DNA of 64,000 nt, from assembly GCA_947573485.1 (NCBI GenBank), contig CANPGB010000006.1:50585-114584 (forward strand), given 5' to 3'. A model generated the notes under the pieces. The model saw only the letters and a program-made list of their open reading frames with translations, ran no database searches and had not been told where the DNA came from. Both the position numbers and the translations under genes were made by a program. This document shows positions 17,662 to 26,300 of this stretch, in pieces; positions within the stretch are counted from its first letter, which is position 1, and the number at the start of each line of letters is the position of its first letter. The stretch comes from an uncultured Porphyromonadaceae bacterium. GTDB taxonomy: Bacteria; Bacteroidota; Bacteroidia; Bacteroidales; Muribaculaceae.

Positions 17662-18603
17662 TCAGAACGAATTGAGCAGTTGCACAAGAGGAGCAGCCTT
17701 GGCTTCGGTCTCGTTCCACTCGTCAATAGCGTCGGAGTCGGCAGTGATGCCACTCCCTGTGTACACCGACCAAGATTGCTCGTCGAAGTGCACGCAGCGC
17801 AGAATGACATAGGCAAGTTCTCCCCCCGCAGCAGGCACGGTTATAAGGCCGCCATAGCAGTTACGGGGGTGGCTTTCGTGCACAGCTATATCGGCCATGG
17901 CGTCTTCGCGCGGAAAGCCTCCAACTGCGGGCGTTGGGTGAAGGGCGGAGATAATATCGTTGACGGGCAGCGGCTTAGCCGAGCTTATGTGTATAGGGGT
18001 GCAGAGGTGACGCACGGTGGCGTAAACGAGATCGCGGGGTTCATCGGCGAGCACTTCTAAATTAGTATCTATTGCCTTGATGCGGTCGGTAATATCGCTT
18101 ACCACAAACTTGTGCTCGGCGAGATTTTTGAGGCTCCACTGTTCACTTGCTTCAACAGGCATAGTGCCTGCAAGCGCCCTGGTATCAGCGGTGTTAGCGC
18201 TGTTGACTTCGAGTAACAGTTCGGGCGACGCTCCCATCCAATAACCGGTTGAGGGGTGGTAGAAAAGAAAGCGGAAGGTCGACGGGAAAAGAGAGAAATA
18301 CCGTTGAGCCATGGCCAAAGGGTCGAAGCTCTTGAAGCAACCACATATATTACGGCAAATCACGGTTTTACCTTGGCGCGCCTTAAGTTTTTGTATAAGC
18401 CGTGTAAGACTCTCTATGTATACATGCCGAGGCGTGGAGGCGGGGCAGACGGTCATGCTTTCGCCGGAAAGGGAAGTCCCGGGCCACGGTCTGACAAGCA
18501 CATCGCCGAAAACAAGCTCCGAGCCGCACTCTCTGCTGAAAGTAGCATGCACGGGCACATCGCTGCCGGGCAGACAATAGAGTATGAATGGCTCTTGCTT
18601 CAT
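17662..18603 (-). CDS. menF: isochorismate synthase-like chorismate-binding enzyme
   Basis: Chorismate-binding C-terminal signature ...ALHPTPAVGGFPRE...CYGGLITV...AYVILRCV...YTGSGIT. The short form of about 313 aa is typical of Bacteroidales MenF. Confidence 0.65.
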   Translation of the reverse strand: MKQEPFILYCLPGSDVPVHATFSRECGSELVFGDVLVRPWPGTSLSGESMTVCPASTPRHVYIESLTRLIQKLKARQGKTVICRNICGCFKSFDPLAMAQRYFSLFPSTFRFLFYHPSTGYWMGASPELLLEVNSANTADTRALAGTMPVEASEQWSLKNLAEHKFVVSDITDRIKAIDTNLEVLADEPRDLVYATVRHLCTPIHISSAKPLPVNDIISALHPTPAVGGFPREDAMADIAVHESHPRNCYGGLITVPAAGGELAYVILRCVHFDEQSWSVYTGSGITADSDAIDEWNETEAKAAPLVQLLNSF

Positions 18604-18618
18604 CGCTTAAAGCGCAGG

Positions 18619-19914
18619 TTATAGCGTGCCAATGAGATCGAAGCCTTCGCTGTCGGTAATTCTTACGTCGTAGATTGAACCAACGGCAAGAGGCTTGTCG
18701 GTGCTGACGAACACATTGCAGTCGACTTCGGGCGAATCGAACTCGGTGCGCCCGATATAGCGCTCACCGTCAAACTCGTCGATTATAACCCTTTGGGTGC
18801 TGCCTATCTTTTCGGCTGCGGTATCGAAGGCAATATCCTGCTGTAGCTGCATCAGGGCGTCGAGGCGCTGCTGCTTGACTTCCTGCGGAATATCATCGGC
18901 AAAATGCTTGGCGGCGAAGGTATCGTCTTCTTCGCAGTAGGCAAAAGCTCCGAGGCGCTCAAAGCGCTGTTCCCTGACAAAATCCATAAGTCTGTCGAAA
19001 GCCTCGGGGGTCTCGCCGGGGAAGCCTACCATCATAGTGGTGCGGATGTGTATGCCGGGGACTTCGGCGCGGATGCGCGCAAGCAGTTTGCGTGTGGCTT
19101 CAGCGTCGATATGGCGGCGCATGTAGCTGAGCACGCCGTCGTCGATGTGCTGCAAGGCAATATCAAGATACTTGCATATATTGCTGTGGCGCGCCATTAC
19201 GGGCAGGATGTCGTAAGGGAAATCCGAAGGATAGGCATAATGGAGGCGTATCATCTCCACGCCCTCGACAGCGGCAATGCGTTCGAGCAGTTCGGCAAGA
19301 CGAGAGCGGCCTCCTTCGAGGTCGGTGCCATACGACGATAAATCTTGAGCGATGACGTTGAACTCGCAAGTGCCTTTCTTGACGAGCGTGCGCACTTCCT
19401 CGATAATCTCATCGACCGGGCGCGAGTGGTGGCGCCCCGTAATGAGAGGTATGGCGCAGAAAGCGCAGAAGCGGTTGCACCCTTCCGAAATCTTCAGGTA
19501 GGTATAGTGTGGCAGGGTCGAGAGTGTGCGTTGCCATGGTGCTGACGAGCTGTCGCGCCCGGCTATGGCTCCCACAACGCCCTCCCAGTCGAATTTACCG
19601 TATAAGCCATCGAGCTCGGGCAATTCCTCGGTAAGGTCGGCCCGATAGCGCTCTGTGAGGCAGCCCATGGCATAGACAGCCTTCAATGCGCCCTCTTCTT
19701 TGAGCTTAATGGCGCCGAGCAAGGTGTTTATCGACTCTTCTTTGGCATCGCCAATAAAGCCGCAGGTATTCACAATGAGGGCGGAGCCGTCGGTAGGGAG
19801 CTCTTCAACAAAGCGGCAGCTGCACCCGGCATCGGCAAAGCGCCGCGCCAGCCGCTCGCTGTCAACAAGATTCTTCGAGCACCCCAGACTCAGGATACTT
19901 ATTTTCTTTGCCAT
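18619..19914 (-). CDS. rimO: ribosomal protein S12 methylthiotransferase
   Basis: UPF0004 N-domain (ILSLGCSKNLVDSE), radical-SAM CNRFCAFC motif and C-terminal TRAM domain. 431 aa. Confidence 0.9.
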   Translation of the reverse strand: MAKKISILSLGCSKNLVDSERLARRFADAGCSCRFVEELPTDGSALIVNTCGFIGDAKEESINTLLGAIKLKEEGALKAVYAMGCLTERYRADLTEELPELDGLYGKFDWEGVVGAIAGRDSSSAPWQRTLSTLPHYTYLKISEGCNRFCAFCAIPLITGRHHSRPVDEIIEEVRTLVKKGTCEFNVIAQDLSSYGTDLEGGRSRLAELLERIAAVEGVEMIRLHYAYPSDFPYDILPVMARHSNICKYLDIALQHIDDGVLSYMRRHIDAEATRKLLARIRAEVPGIHIRTTMMVGFPGETPEAFDRLMDFVREQRFERLGAFAYCEEDDTFAAKHFADDIPQEVKQQRLDALMQLQQDIAFDTAAEKIGSTQRVIIDEFDGERYIGRTEFDSPEVDCNVFVSTDKPLAVGSIYDVRITDSEGFDLIGTL

Positions 19915-20876
19915 TATTCCTTGCGACCGAAAAGCGACTGCACAAACTCGCGCTTGTTGAAGAGCTGGAGGTCGTCGATGCCTTCGCCGATACCAATATA
20001 TTTGACGGGAATCTTGAACTGGTCGCTGATGCCTATGACCACGCCGCCGCGTGCGGTGCCGTCGAGCTTGGTCACTGCAAGGTCGGTAACCTGGGTGGCA
20101 GCCGAGAACTGGCGGGCCTGCTCGAAAGCGTTCTGGCCGGTGGAGCCGTCGAGCACGAGGAGAACTTCGTGAGGTGCGCCGGGCACCACTTTCTCCATTA
20201 CGCGCTTGATCTTCGAGAGCTCGTCCATAAGGCCTTTCTTGTTATGAAGACGGCCTGCGGTGTCAATAATCACCACATCCACATTATTGGCTACAGCCGA
20301 CGAGAGGGTGTCGAAGGCCACGGCGGCGGCATCGGATCCGAGCTGCTGCTTTACCACAGGCACCTCGGCACGGCGTGCCCACTCGTCGAGCTGCTCTACA
20401 GCGGCGGCACGGAAGGTGTCGGCGGCGCCAAGCAGGACTTTGTTGCCGGCGTTGCGGTAGTGGTGGGCGAGTTTGCCAATGGTTGTGGTCTTGCCCACAC
20501 CGTTGACGCCAACCACCATAATCACATAAGGTTTCTTACCTGCCGGAGGTGTGAACGATACGTTGTCGTCGCCGTTGTCGCTCTCGGCAAGGAGGTCGCT
20601 TATTTCCTGGCAGAGGAGTTCATTGAGCTCGTCCATGTCAACGTACTTGTCGCGGGCAACACGGCTCTGTATACGCTCGATTATCTTGAGGGTGGTCTCG
20701 GCGCCCACGTCACTTGTTATGAATACCTCCTCGAGTTCGTCGAGGAAATCGTCGTCGATCGTGCGACGACCGGTGAATACGCGGCGCAGTTTACCGAGAA
20801 CGCCTTCTTTGGTCTTTTCAAGACCGCGGTCGAGGTTCTGCTTTCTGCCTTTGGTGAAATAGTCGAAAAATCCCAT
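19914..20876 (-). CDS. ftsY: signal recognition particle receptor
   Basis: SRP GTPase NG domain: GVNGVGKTTTIGKLA (G1), DTAGRL (G3), TKLDGTA (G4). Stop overlaps the rimO ATG by 1 nt. Confidence 0.9.
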   Translation of the reverse strand: MGFFDYFTKGRKQNLDRGLEKTKEGVLGKLRRVFTGRRTIDDDFLDELEEVFITSDVGAETTLKIIERIQSRVARDKYVDMDELNELLCQEISDLLAESDNGDDNVSFTPPAGKKPYVIMVVGVNGVGKTTTIGKLAHHYRNAGNKVLLGAADTFRAAAVEQLDEWARRAEVPVVKQQLGSDAAAVAFDTLSSAVANNVDVVIIDTAGRLHNKKGLMDELSKIKRVMEKVVPGAPHEVLLVLDGSTGQNAFEQARQFSAATQVTDLAVTKLDGTARGGVVIGISDQFKIPVKYIGIGEGIDDLQLFNKREFVQSLFGRKE

Positions 20877-20905
20877 TTTATATTTATTGATGGCTTGTTT
20901 CTGAG

Positions 20906-20919
20906 TGCAAAATTACTAA
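20906..20919 (-). promoter_or_regulatory. strong consensus promoter (TTAGTAATTTTGCA on minus strand) for the ftsY-rimO-menF-SGNH operon
   Basis: Contains TAATTTTG (TAnnTTTG) 32 nt upstream of the ftsY ATG. The identical 14-mer recurs at 38098-38111 and 52471-52484. Confidence 0.6.
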
Positions 20920-20936
20920 AAAAAACGGGTGTCAAA

Positions 20937-21452
20937 CTATTTTCCCGCCAAATATTTGATGAGTGCGAAGCCTCCGAGAAGCTGCACTGCCATACCCGGC
21001 AGACCCATGCGCATGTCCTGACATGCAATGAAGAAGTCGCCGCAAAGAAGCCACTCAACAGCAGTACCAAGCACTTGGTAGAAGGCAATGACAGCAGCTA
21101 CGCTCAGGAGCGTGGCCTTTTGCACGCGTGCCGAGGCATAGGAGGCGGCCACTGCAAGCAGAAGCGATTTGCACAAAATCGGCAGAAGCACCCCAGCCGA
21201 CGGCATGCCGAAGAGCAAGCAGTTGATAACCGGCGAACCTATCGCTGTCAGAAGCCCCACACGCCAGCCGCAGAGCCATGCACCTGTGAGGGTGAAGAAG
21301 TAGATAGGCAACCATGTAGGCCCACCACCGGGAATCATGTGGCAGAGTTGTGGGAGGAGTATGTTGCCAACCACGAAAATCAGGGCTGCAAGGTAGGTCT
21401 GAGGCCGCACGAAAGTGAGTGTGGCGGCCTGAACGTTATATTTAAATTCCAT
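20937..21452 (-). CDS. ECF-transporter S-component-like integral membrane protein
   Basis: 171 aa, five or six hydrophobic helices. Overall resemblance to substrate-capture S components. No EcfA/EcfT genes are nearby. Confidence 0.45.
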   Translation of the reverse strand: MEFKYNVQAATLTFVRPQTYLAALIFVVGNILLPQLCHMIPGGGPTWLPIYFFTLTGAWLCGWRVGLLTAIGSPVINCLLFGMPSAGVLLPILCKSLLLAVAASYASARVQKATLLSVAAVIAFYQVLGTAVEWLLCGDFFIACQDMRMGLPGMAVQLLGGFALIKYLAGK

Positions 21453-21478
21453 TGATTACTGTTTTTTGAATTATTATG

Positions 21479-21486
21479 CGAAGTTA
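21479..21486 (-). promoter_or_regulatory. variant -7 box (TAACTTCG) for the S-component-like gene
   Basis: Plus-strand CGAAGTTA, 27 nt upstream of the ATG at 21452. Confidence 0.4.
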
Positions 21487-21533
21487 CTTCAATTTTTTTT
21501 CTTACGCAAATGTTGCATATGTGGAAAAATGAC

Positions 21534-21541
21534 TATATTTG
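21534..21541 (+). promoter_or_regulatory. -7 promoter box (TATATTTG) for 21571 gene
   Basis: TAnnTTTG, 30 nt upstream of the ATG at 21571. Confidence 0.5.
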
Positions 21542-21570
21542 CAGCCGAACACTAAGCAGTACTTATAGAA

Positions 21571-21915
21571 ATGAAAACAAAAACATGTCTATCCGCAATC
21601 ATAATGGCCGTTTTGGCGTCATTTGGCGCAAGCGGTCAAAAAATATATAAGACCGACAGCCGCATAAAAGCCGATGTAAAGGTTTTCGTGGCCGCCCGCG
21701 AGTCGGGGGCCGACCTTGTGGTGTATGTCACCGACCGCTCGCACACCGCCCAAGGCAATAAGGGTATATGGTTTTACACCACAAGCGAGTATGCCGCGGA
21801 TAAAAAGATTTATATCGTGGACGATGAGTCGCAGGCCGAGGTTAAAATTTTCTATACCGACAAGGATTATCTCGCCGGCTGGCGCAACAAGGCTAAGCGG
21901 AGCTACTTCGATTGA
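21571..21915 (+). CDS. small secreted protein with internal duplication
   Basis: Signal peptide MKTKTCLSAIIMAVLASFGASG. Two similar about 30-aa units: KADVKVFVAARESGADLVVYVTDRSHTA and AADKKIYIVDDESQAEVKIFYTDKDYLA. Confidence 0.6.
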   Translation: MKTKTCLSAIIMAVLASFGASGQKIYKTDSRIKADVKVFVAARESGADLVVYVTDRSHTAQGNKGIWFYTTSEYAADKKIYIVDDESQAEVKIFYTDKDYLAGWRNKAKRSYFD

Positions 21916-21916
21916 T

Positions 21917-23389
21917 TCAGATGCTGTCTTCCTTAATAATAAGGAGGGCATCGCCGGGGTGAAGTCGGCTCGAACCGTTGGGCACCATGTACTTGCCGTT
22001 GCGGCGTATCATAATCACCAGAGAGCCGGCGGGGAGGTGGAGGTCGCGCAGGCGGTCGCAATTGTGCAGGTGTGCTTCTGTGAGGGTCTTGATGTTAAGT
22101 GAGGTAGGCAACTCGTCGGCGAGCTCTACTCCGAAGTCGTCGCTCTCATCTTCTTTGTCGGTCAAATGAAGCATGCGGGCAAAGGGTATTACGGTTGTGC
22201 CCTGGAGCAAGAGTGAGAGCAGGGTTACAAAAAATACTATATTGAAAATCTGCGACGCGCCCTCGATATGAGCCACCACAGGGTAGGTGGCGAAAATAAT
22301 GGGAACAGCTCCGCGCAGGCCTACCCACGAAACGAAGAGACGCGAACGCATGCTTATCTTGCGGAACGGCAGAAGCGAGAGGAACACACTCAAGGGGCGA
22401 CCGAAAAGGATCATGAACGCGCCAATGAGAAGCGACACGGGTGCCACCGTAAGCATGTCGGAGGGGTTGACAAGAAGGCCAAGCATGAGAAAGACAACAA
22501 TCTGCGCCAACCACGTGAGCCCGTCGACAAATTTTATTATACCGCGGCGGCTCGGGACACTTGAGTTTCCGAGCATGATGCCAAGAAGATAGACCGCGAG
22601 ATAACCGTTGCCGCCGAGGTCGGTTGCCGCCGCAAAGGTAAAGAACACAGAGCCGAGCACCAGTATGGCGAGCATGGAGGTGGCCTGCGAGGGGTCTTCG
22701 CTCTTGCCTCCCCCGAGACGCAGGTACATGCCCAGAAGCCATTGCGTTATCTTTCCCATTACAAATCCGGCGGCGATGCCTATGCCGAATTGCGCGATGA
22801 GCGCGGTGCAGAGGCTCCAGCCCGAAAACTCGCCCGCGCCGACAATGCTCTCTATCAGGATTATGGTGAGCATATAGGCCATAGGGTCGTTGGAGCCGCT
22901 CTCGAGCTCGAGCATGGGCCTCAGATTATTCTTCAAGCCCACTTTCTGACTGCCGAGAATACCGAAAACCGAGGCTGAATCGGTCGACGACATCGTTGCG
23001 GCAAGCAGTAGTGAGGGCAGGAAAGCAAAGTGGATGTTGGTCCAGCTCATGCCCGAAAGCCACCATATAAAAAGACCTGTAAGCAGCGCTGTGATAAGGA
23101 CACCCGCGGTGGAGAGAATCACGCCGGGGAGAATAACAGGTTTAATTGCGGATATTTTAGTGGAGACACCGCCCGAGAAGAGGATGATACACAGCGCTAT
23201 CATGCCTATGAACTGTGCCACGGCCATGTCGCCGAACTGTATGCCGAGGCCGTCGGAGCCGAAGCCCATGCCTACAAGGAGGAAAATAAGGAGCAGGGGC
23301 AAGCCGGTGCGGTAACCCGATTTGCCAAAGAGCACACCGGCGATGAGCAGAAGCGAGCCAATGAGCAGAATATTTTCTGAACTAATCAT
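21917..23389 (-). CDS. potassium/proton antiporter (CPA1 family) with C-terminal TrkA_C domain
   Basis: About 12 TM helices with ESGSNDP (Na_H exchanger signature) and a C-terminal RCK_C-like region ...LRDLHLPAGSLVIMIRRNGKYMVPNGSSRLHPGDALLII. Confidence 0.85.
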   Translation of the reverse strand: MISSENILLIGSLLLIAGVLFGKSGYRTGLPLLLIFLLVGMGFGSDGLGIQFGDMAVAQFIGMIALCIILFSGGVSTKISAIKPVILPGVILSTAGVLITALLTGLFIWWLSGMSWTNIHFAFLPSLLLAATMSSTDSASVFGILGSQKVGLKNNLRPMLELESGSNDPMAYMLTIILIESIVGAGEFSGWSLCTALIAQFGIGIAAGFVMGKITQWLLGMYLRLGGGKSEDPSQATSMLAILVLGSVFFTFAAATDLGGNGYLAVYLLGIMLGNSSVPSRRGIIKFVDGLTWLAQIVVFLMLGLLVNPSDMLTVAPVSLLIGAFMILFGRPLSVFLSLLPFRKISMRSRLFVSWVGLRGAVPIIFATYPVVAHIEGASQIFNIVFFVTLLSLLLQGTTVIPFARMLHLTDKEDESDDFGVELADELPTSLNIKTLTEAHLHNCDRLRDLHLPAGSLVIMIRRNGKYMVPNGSSRLHPGDALLIIKEDSI

Positions 23390-26300
23390 TTTTCAGGATT
23401 GGCGGGTGTTTTGATGTCGGTAGTGTCGGATTCTTCCTTTTTCTTGGGGCGCAGGAAGTTGAAAAGTTTGTCGAAGTCACGGCGGAACATGATGCCCACG
23501 CCCTGAGTTGTCTGGGCTGTGCGCACATAATAGTTGCGGTCGTTATAGCGGTTATAAGCTTTGAGGCGCCACGTGCCACGTTTGTTCAGGAGGTATTCGA
23601 TATCAAAGTCGCCGATGAACTGGTTGGTGTTCAGCGTCTTGTCGCGGTAGCCGAAGTTGCCGTTGAAAATCAGGCGGTTATTGAGCAGGCGGCTCGAAAG
23701 AGCCACGTCAACCTCCACGTCGGAGAAGTCGCCCTTGTCGCTGCGGAAATTCGGTGCTATCGACCATTTGTCGCTCAGTTTTCCAAGGATGTTTCCAAGC
23801 TGACTTGAGATAGTCGACGAGGCCACCGACACGAGTTCACTGCCCTTGGTGGTCGAACTCATGTAATCGGGAGTGTAGAAGCGGTTGAGCGCCAGCAGAT
23901 AGATAATTTGGCGGTTCATCATATCTGACGTGCTTACAATACTGCGCACCTTGCGATACGTATCGCTCGTAAGTGTCGGGAACTCAAGGTCAAAGTCGAT
24001 AGATGGCTGACGGATATCACCGGTAACTTTCATCAAAGCATGCACAGGCACCTTTGTGCGCGCCACCTCCTTATCCTGCAGGAACGATTCATCAAGGTCG
24101 CTTAGATTGGCATTGGTGGCATAGAACGCTTCCAGCGAGGTCTTTACGCCATAGGGGTCGCCGTCGAACTGAATCATGCTTCCCTCGCGGATAGTGAAAT
24201 CTTTTATTATAATATCCTGCAGAGTAAAGCGGTAGCTTCCCTCGGCTACGGTATATTTACCCCATATGTTAAGGTCGTTGTTAGTTGAGCGGTAAACCAT
24301 GTGCAGGTTGCCCTCGCCGGTGGCTTTTATCTCATCGCCGCCAACGGGGTCCATCACCAGGGTCATGGCGGCATCCTTGGTTACATCTACGCGTATATCC
24401 ATATTGTACGCCGAGGGGCTCTCTGCCTCGCCCGTATTGCCGCTTCGGAATGCACGAACGGCCGCGGGCGTATCGTCGCGCACTGTGCTTGCCGGTTTCA
24501 GGGAGTCGGGGGTCACGTCGCGGAAAGTGAGGAATGTATAGTCTTCGGCGTCAAGACGGTCATTGAGCACGAAAGTGAACTTCGATCGCGGGGCTGTCGA
24601 CATTGCTACATTGATGTTCACCACACCCGGATAACCCGAGATAGAAACACCTCCGTTGCCGTAGATCGTGCCATACCAGTCGGGATTATCCTTGGCTGTG
24701 ATATTGTAGCTGAGGAAATCGCGAGCATCGGTAATATCAAAGCGGAAGGTAGGTTCCTTGAAGAACTTGTGGCCAACATTTCCGTTGAGAAGCGCTGTAT
24801 GCCCCTCGCTGTCGCGTATGGTAAGGTTGCGTAGGACTATGCTGCCGGGACGCAGATGCACGCTGTCGGTGGCTGTGTAGCTCGTGCCTGTGAAGTCGAT
24901 TTTGAGTTTTACGTTGTCGGCTTTGATGTCGCCTTCGAGGTCTATTTCCTTAAACGTACCGAACAGACGGCACTTGCCGCTTGCGCGTCCGCTGATATCA
25001 GAAGTAAATGCCTCCATGAAGGGTTTCAGGAAGCCAACGGGCACGCTGTCGGCGTCGAAATTGATGTCGAGAGCTTCGGTGAAGGGGAATATATCTCCAT
25101 AGATGCGCGATTTGCGGCCTTCGAGGCCTGTGATGTCGGCATCGAGGTAGAACGATTTATGGCTGTTGTTCCACTCGGCCAATATATCGGCGTCGCCTAT
25201 GGTGCAACGTTGGTAACCGATAGAATCGACGTGCAGGCGGGGGCAGCGCAGGAAGGGTTCGGCGCTGAAGATGTCTTTTGCAGTGAACACGCCTGTGGCA
25301 CGGCCGCCGATAAGAGCCTTGTCGATTTCGAGCGTATCGAAAATAGGCAGCAAGGCCACGGTATTGAGGCTAACGGTAAGGCTGTCGGCCTCGCTCTTGC
25401 CTATGGTACCGTTGATTGCAATGCTTTGTGTACCTGCGGTAAGCCCGAATCCTGCCACGTCGAGGCGGTTGGGCGTTACGTCGATTTGCGAGGGGGTTAT
25501 GCGCCATACCTCATCGCCGAAATTAACAGTGCCGGGGAGAAATTCCACCAGGGCATCGAGCGGGAAAGTGGCACCGGCCTGTTTTCCTACCGAGCGCAAC
25601 TCGGTAGTGAAGCCCACGGTTCCGTTGAGCGGAATAGCGCGTTCAATGCTCCAGTCAATCTTGGTGTCGAGCTTGTTATCGAGCATGCCGATGAGCGCGG
25701 TCACTGCCATGTCGCCTTTCTTGGTTGGGAACTGCGAGGTGGCGTAAATGCTGTTGTTATCGTGCTCTTTATCAATCACGACAAATACATCGGTGTTCTC
25801 CAGCAATTTGTTACCCTGGCGCAGATAGGGTGCCTCAATGCTCGCAAAAGCTTTGCGGGCGCGGCTGTCGACGCGTCCATCGATATTCACATCGTAGAGG
25901 GTGTGTACGGGAAGTTTGAAGAACGAGGTCAGTTCGGGGCATGAGGCAAGGGTAAAGTCGAAAGAGAAATCATTGACTCCTTCGGGAACTTTCTTTTTCG
26001 CGTCGCGAGGACAAATGGCCGGAAGGAAGTCGGCAACCATGTCGCGCAACTGTGCAGGGAGTGCCCCGAAATCGTAATCGCCACGGAGCGACCCGTTGAG
26101 AAAATCGGAGCTGAGTGTGAGTTCCGATATAGGATATTCTGGGTGAGCCTCGGCACGGATATTGTTTATCCTTAAACCTTTGCCTGCTTTATCAACCCAC
26201 CGAACATCGAAAAGCTGGGCATAGCCCGAGACATCGGATAGGCAGGAGCCGTCAACGGCCATATTGAGTTTGGCTGCCAGGCGTTTGCCACTGAACGTGT

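Noticed and set aside
19908-21455. 515-aa plus-strand ORF. Similar long ORFs occur at 28191-29747 (518 aa), 38002-39258 (418 aa), 3813-4925 (370 aa), 24856-25944 (362 aa), 17038-18060 (340 aa), 35975-36955 (326 aa), 43385-44317 (310 aa) and 46997-47860 (287 aa).
   Set aside because: Each lies antisense to a gene with unmistakable conserved motifs (ftsY, malQ, ligA, aspT, tamB, SGNH/menF, rpoN, the giant gene, feoB). Their translations are low-complexity and rich in Arg/Ala/Gly/Val/His, with no motifs. Long stop-free antisense frames are expected in GC3-rich coding DNA.
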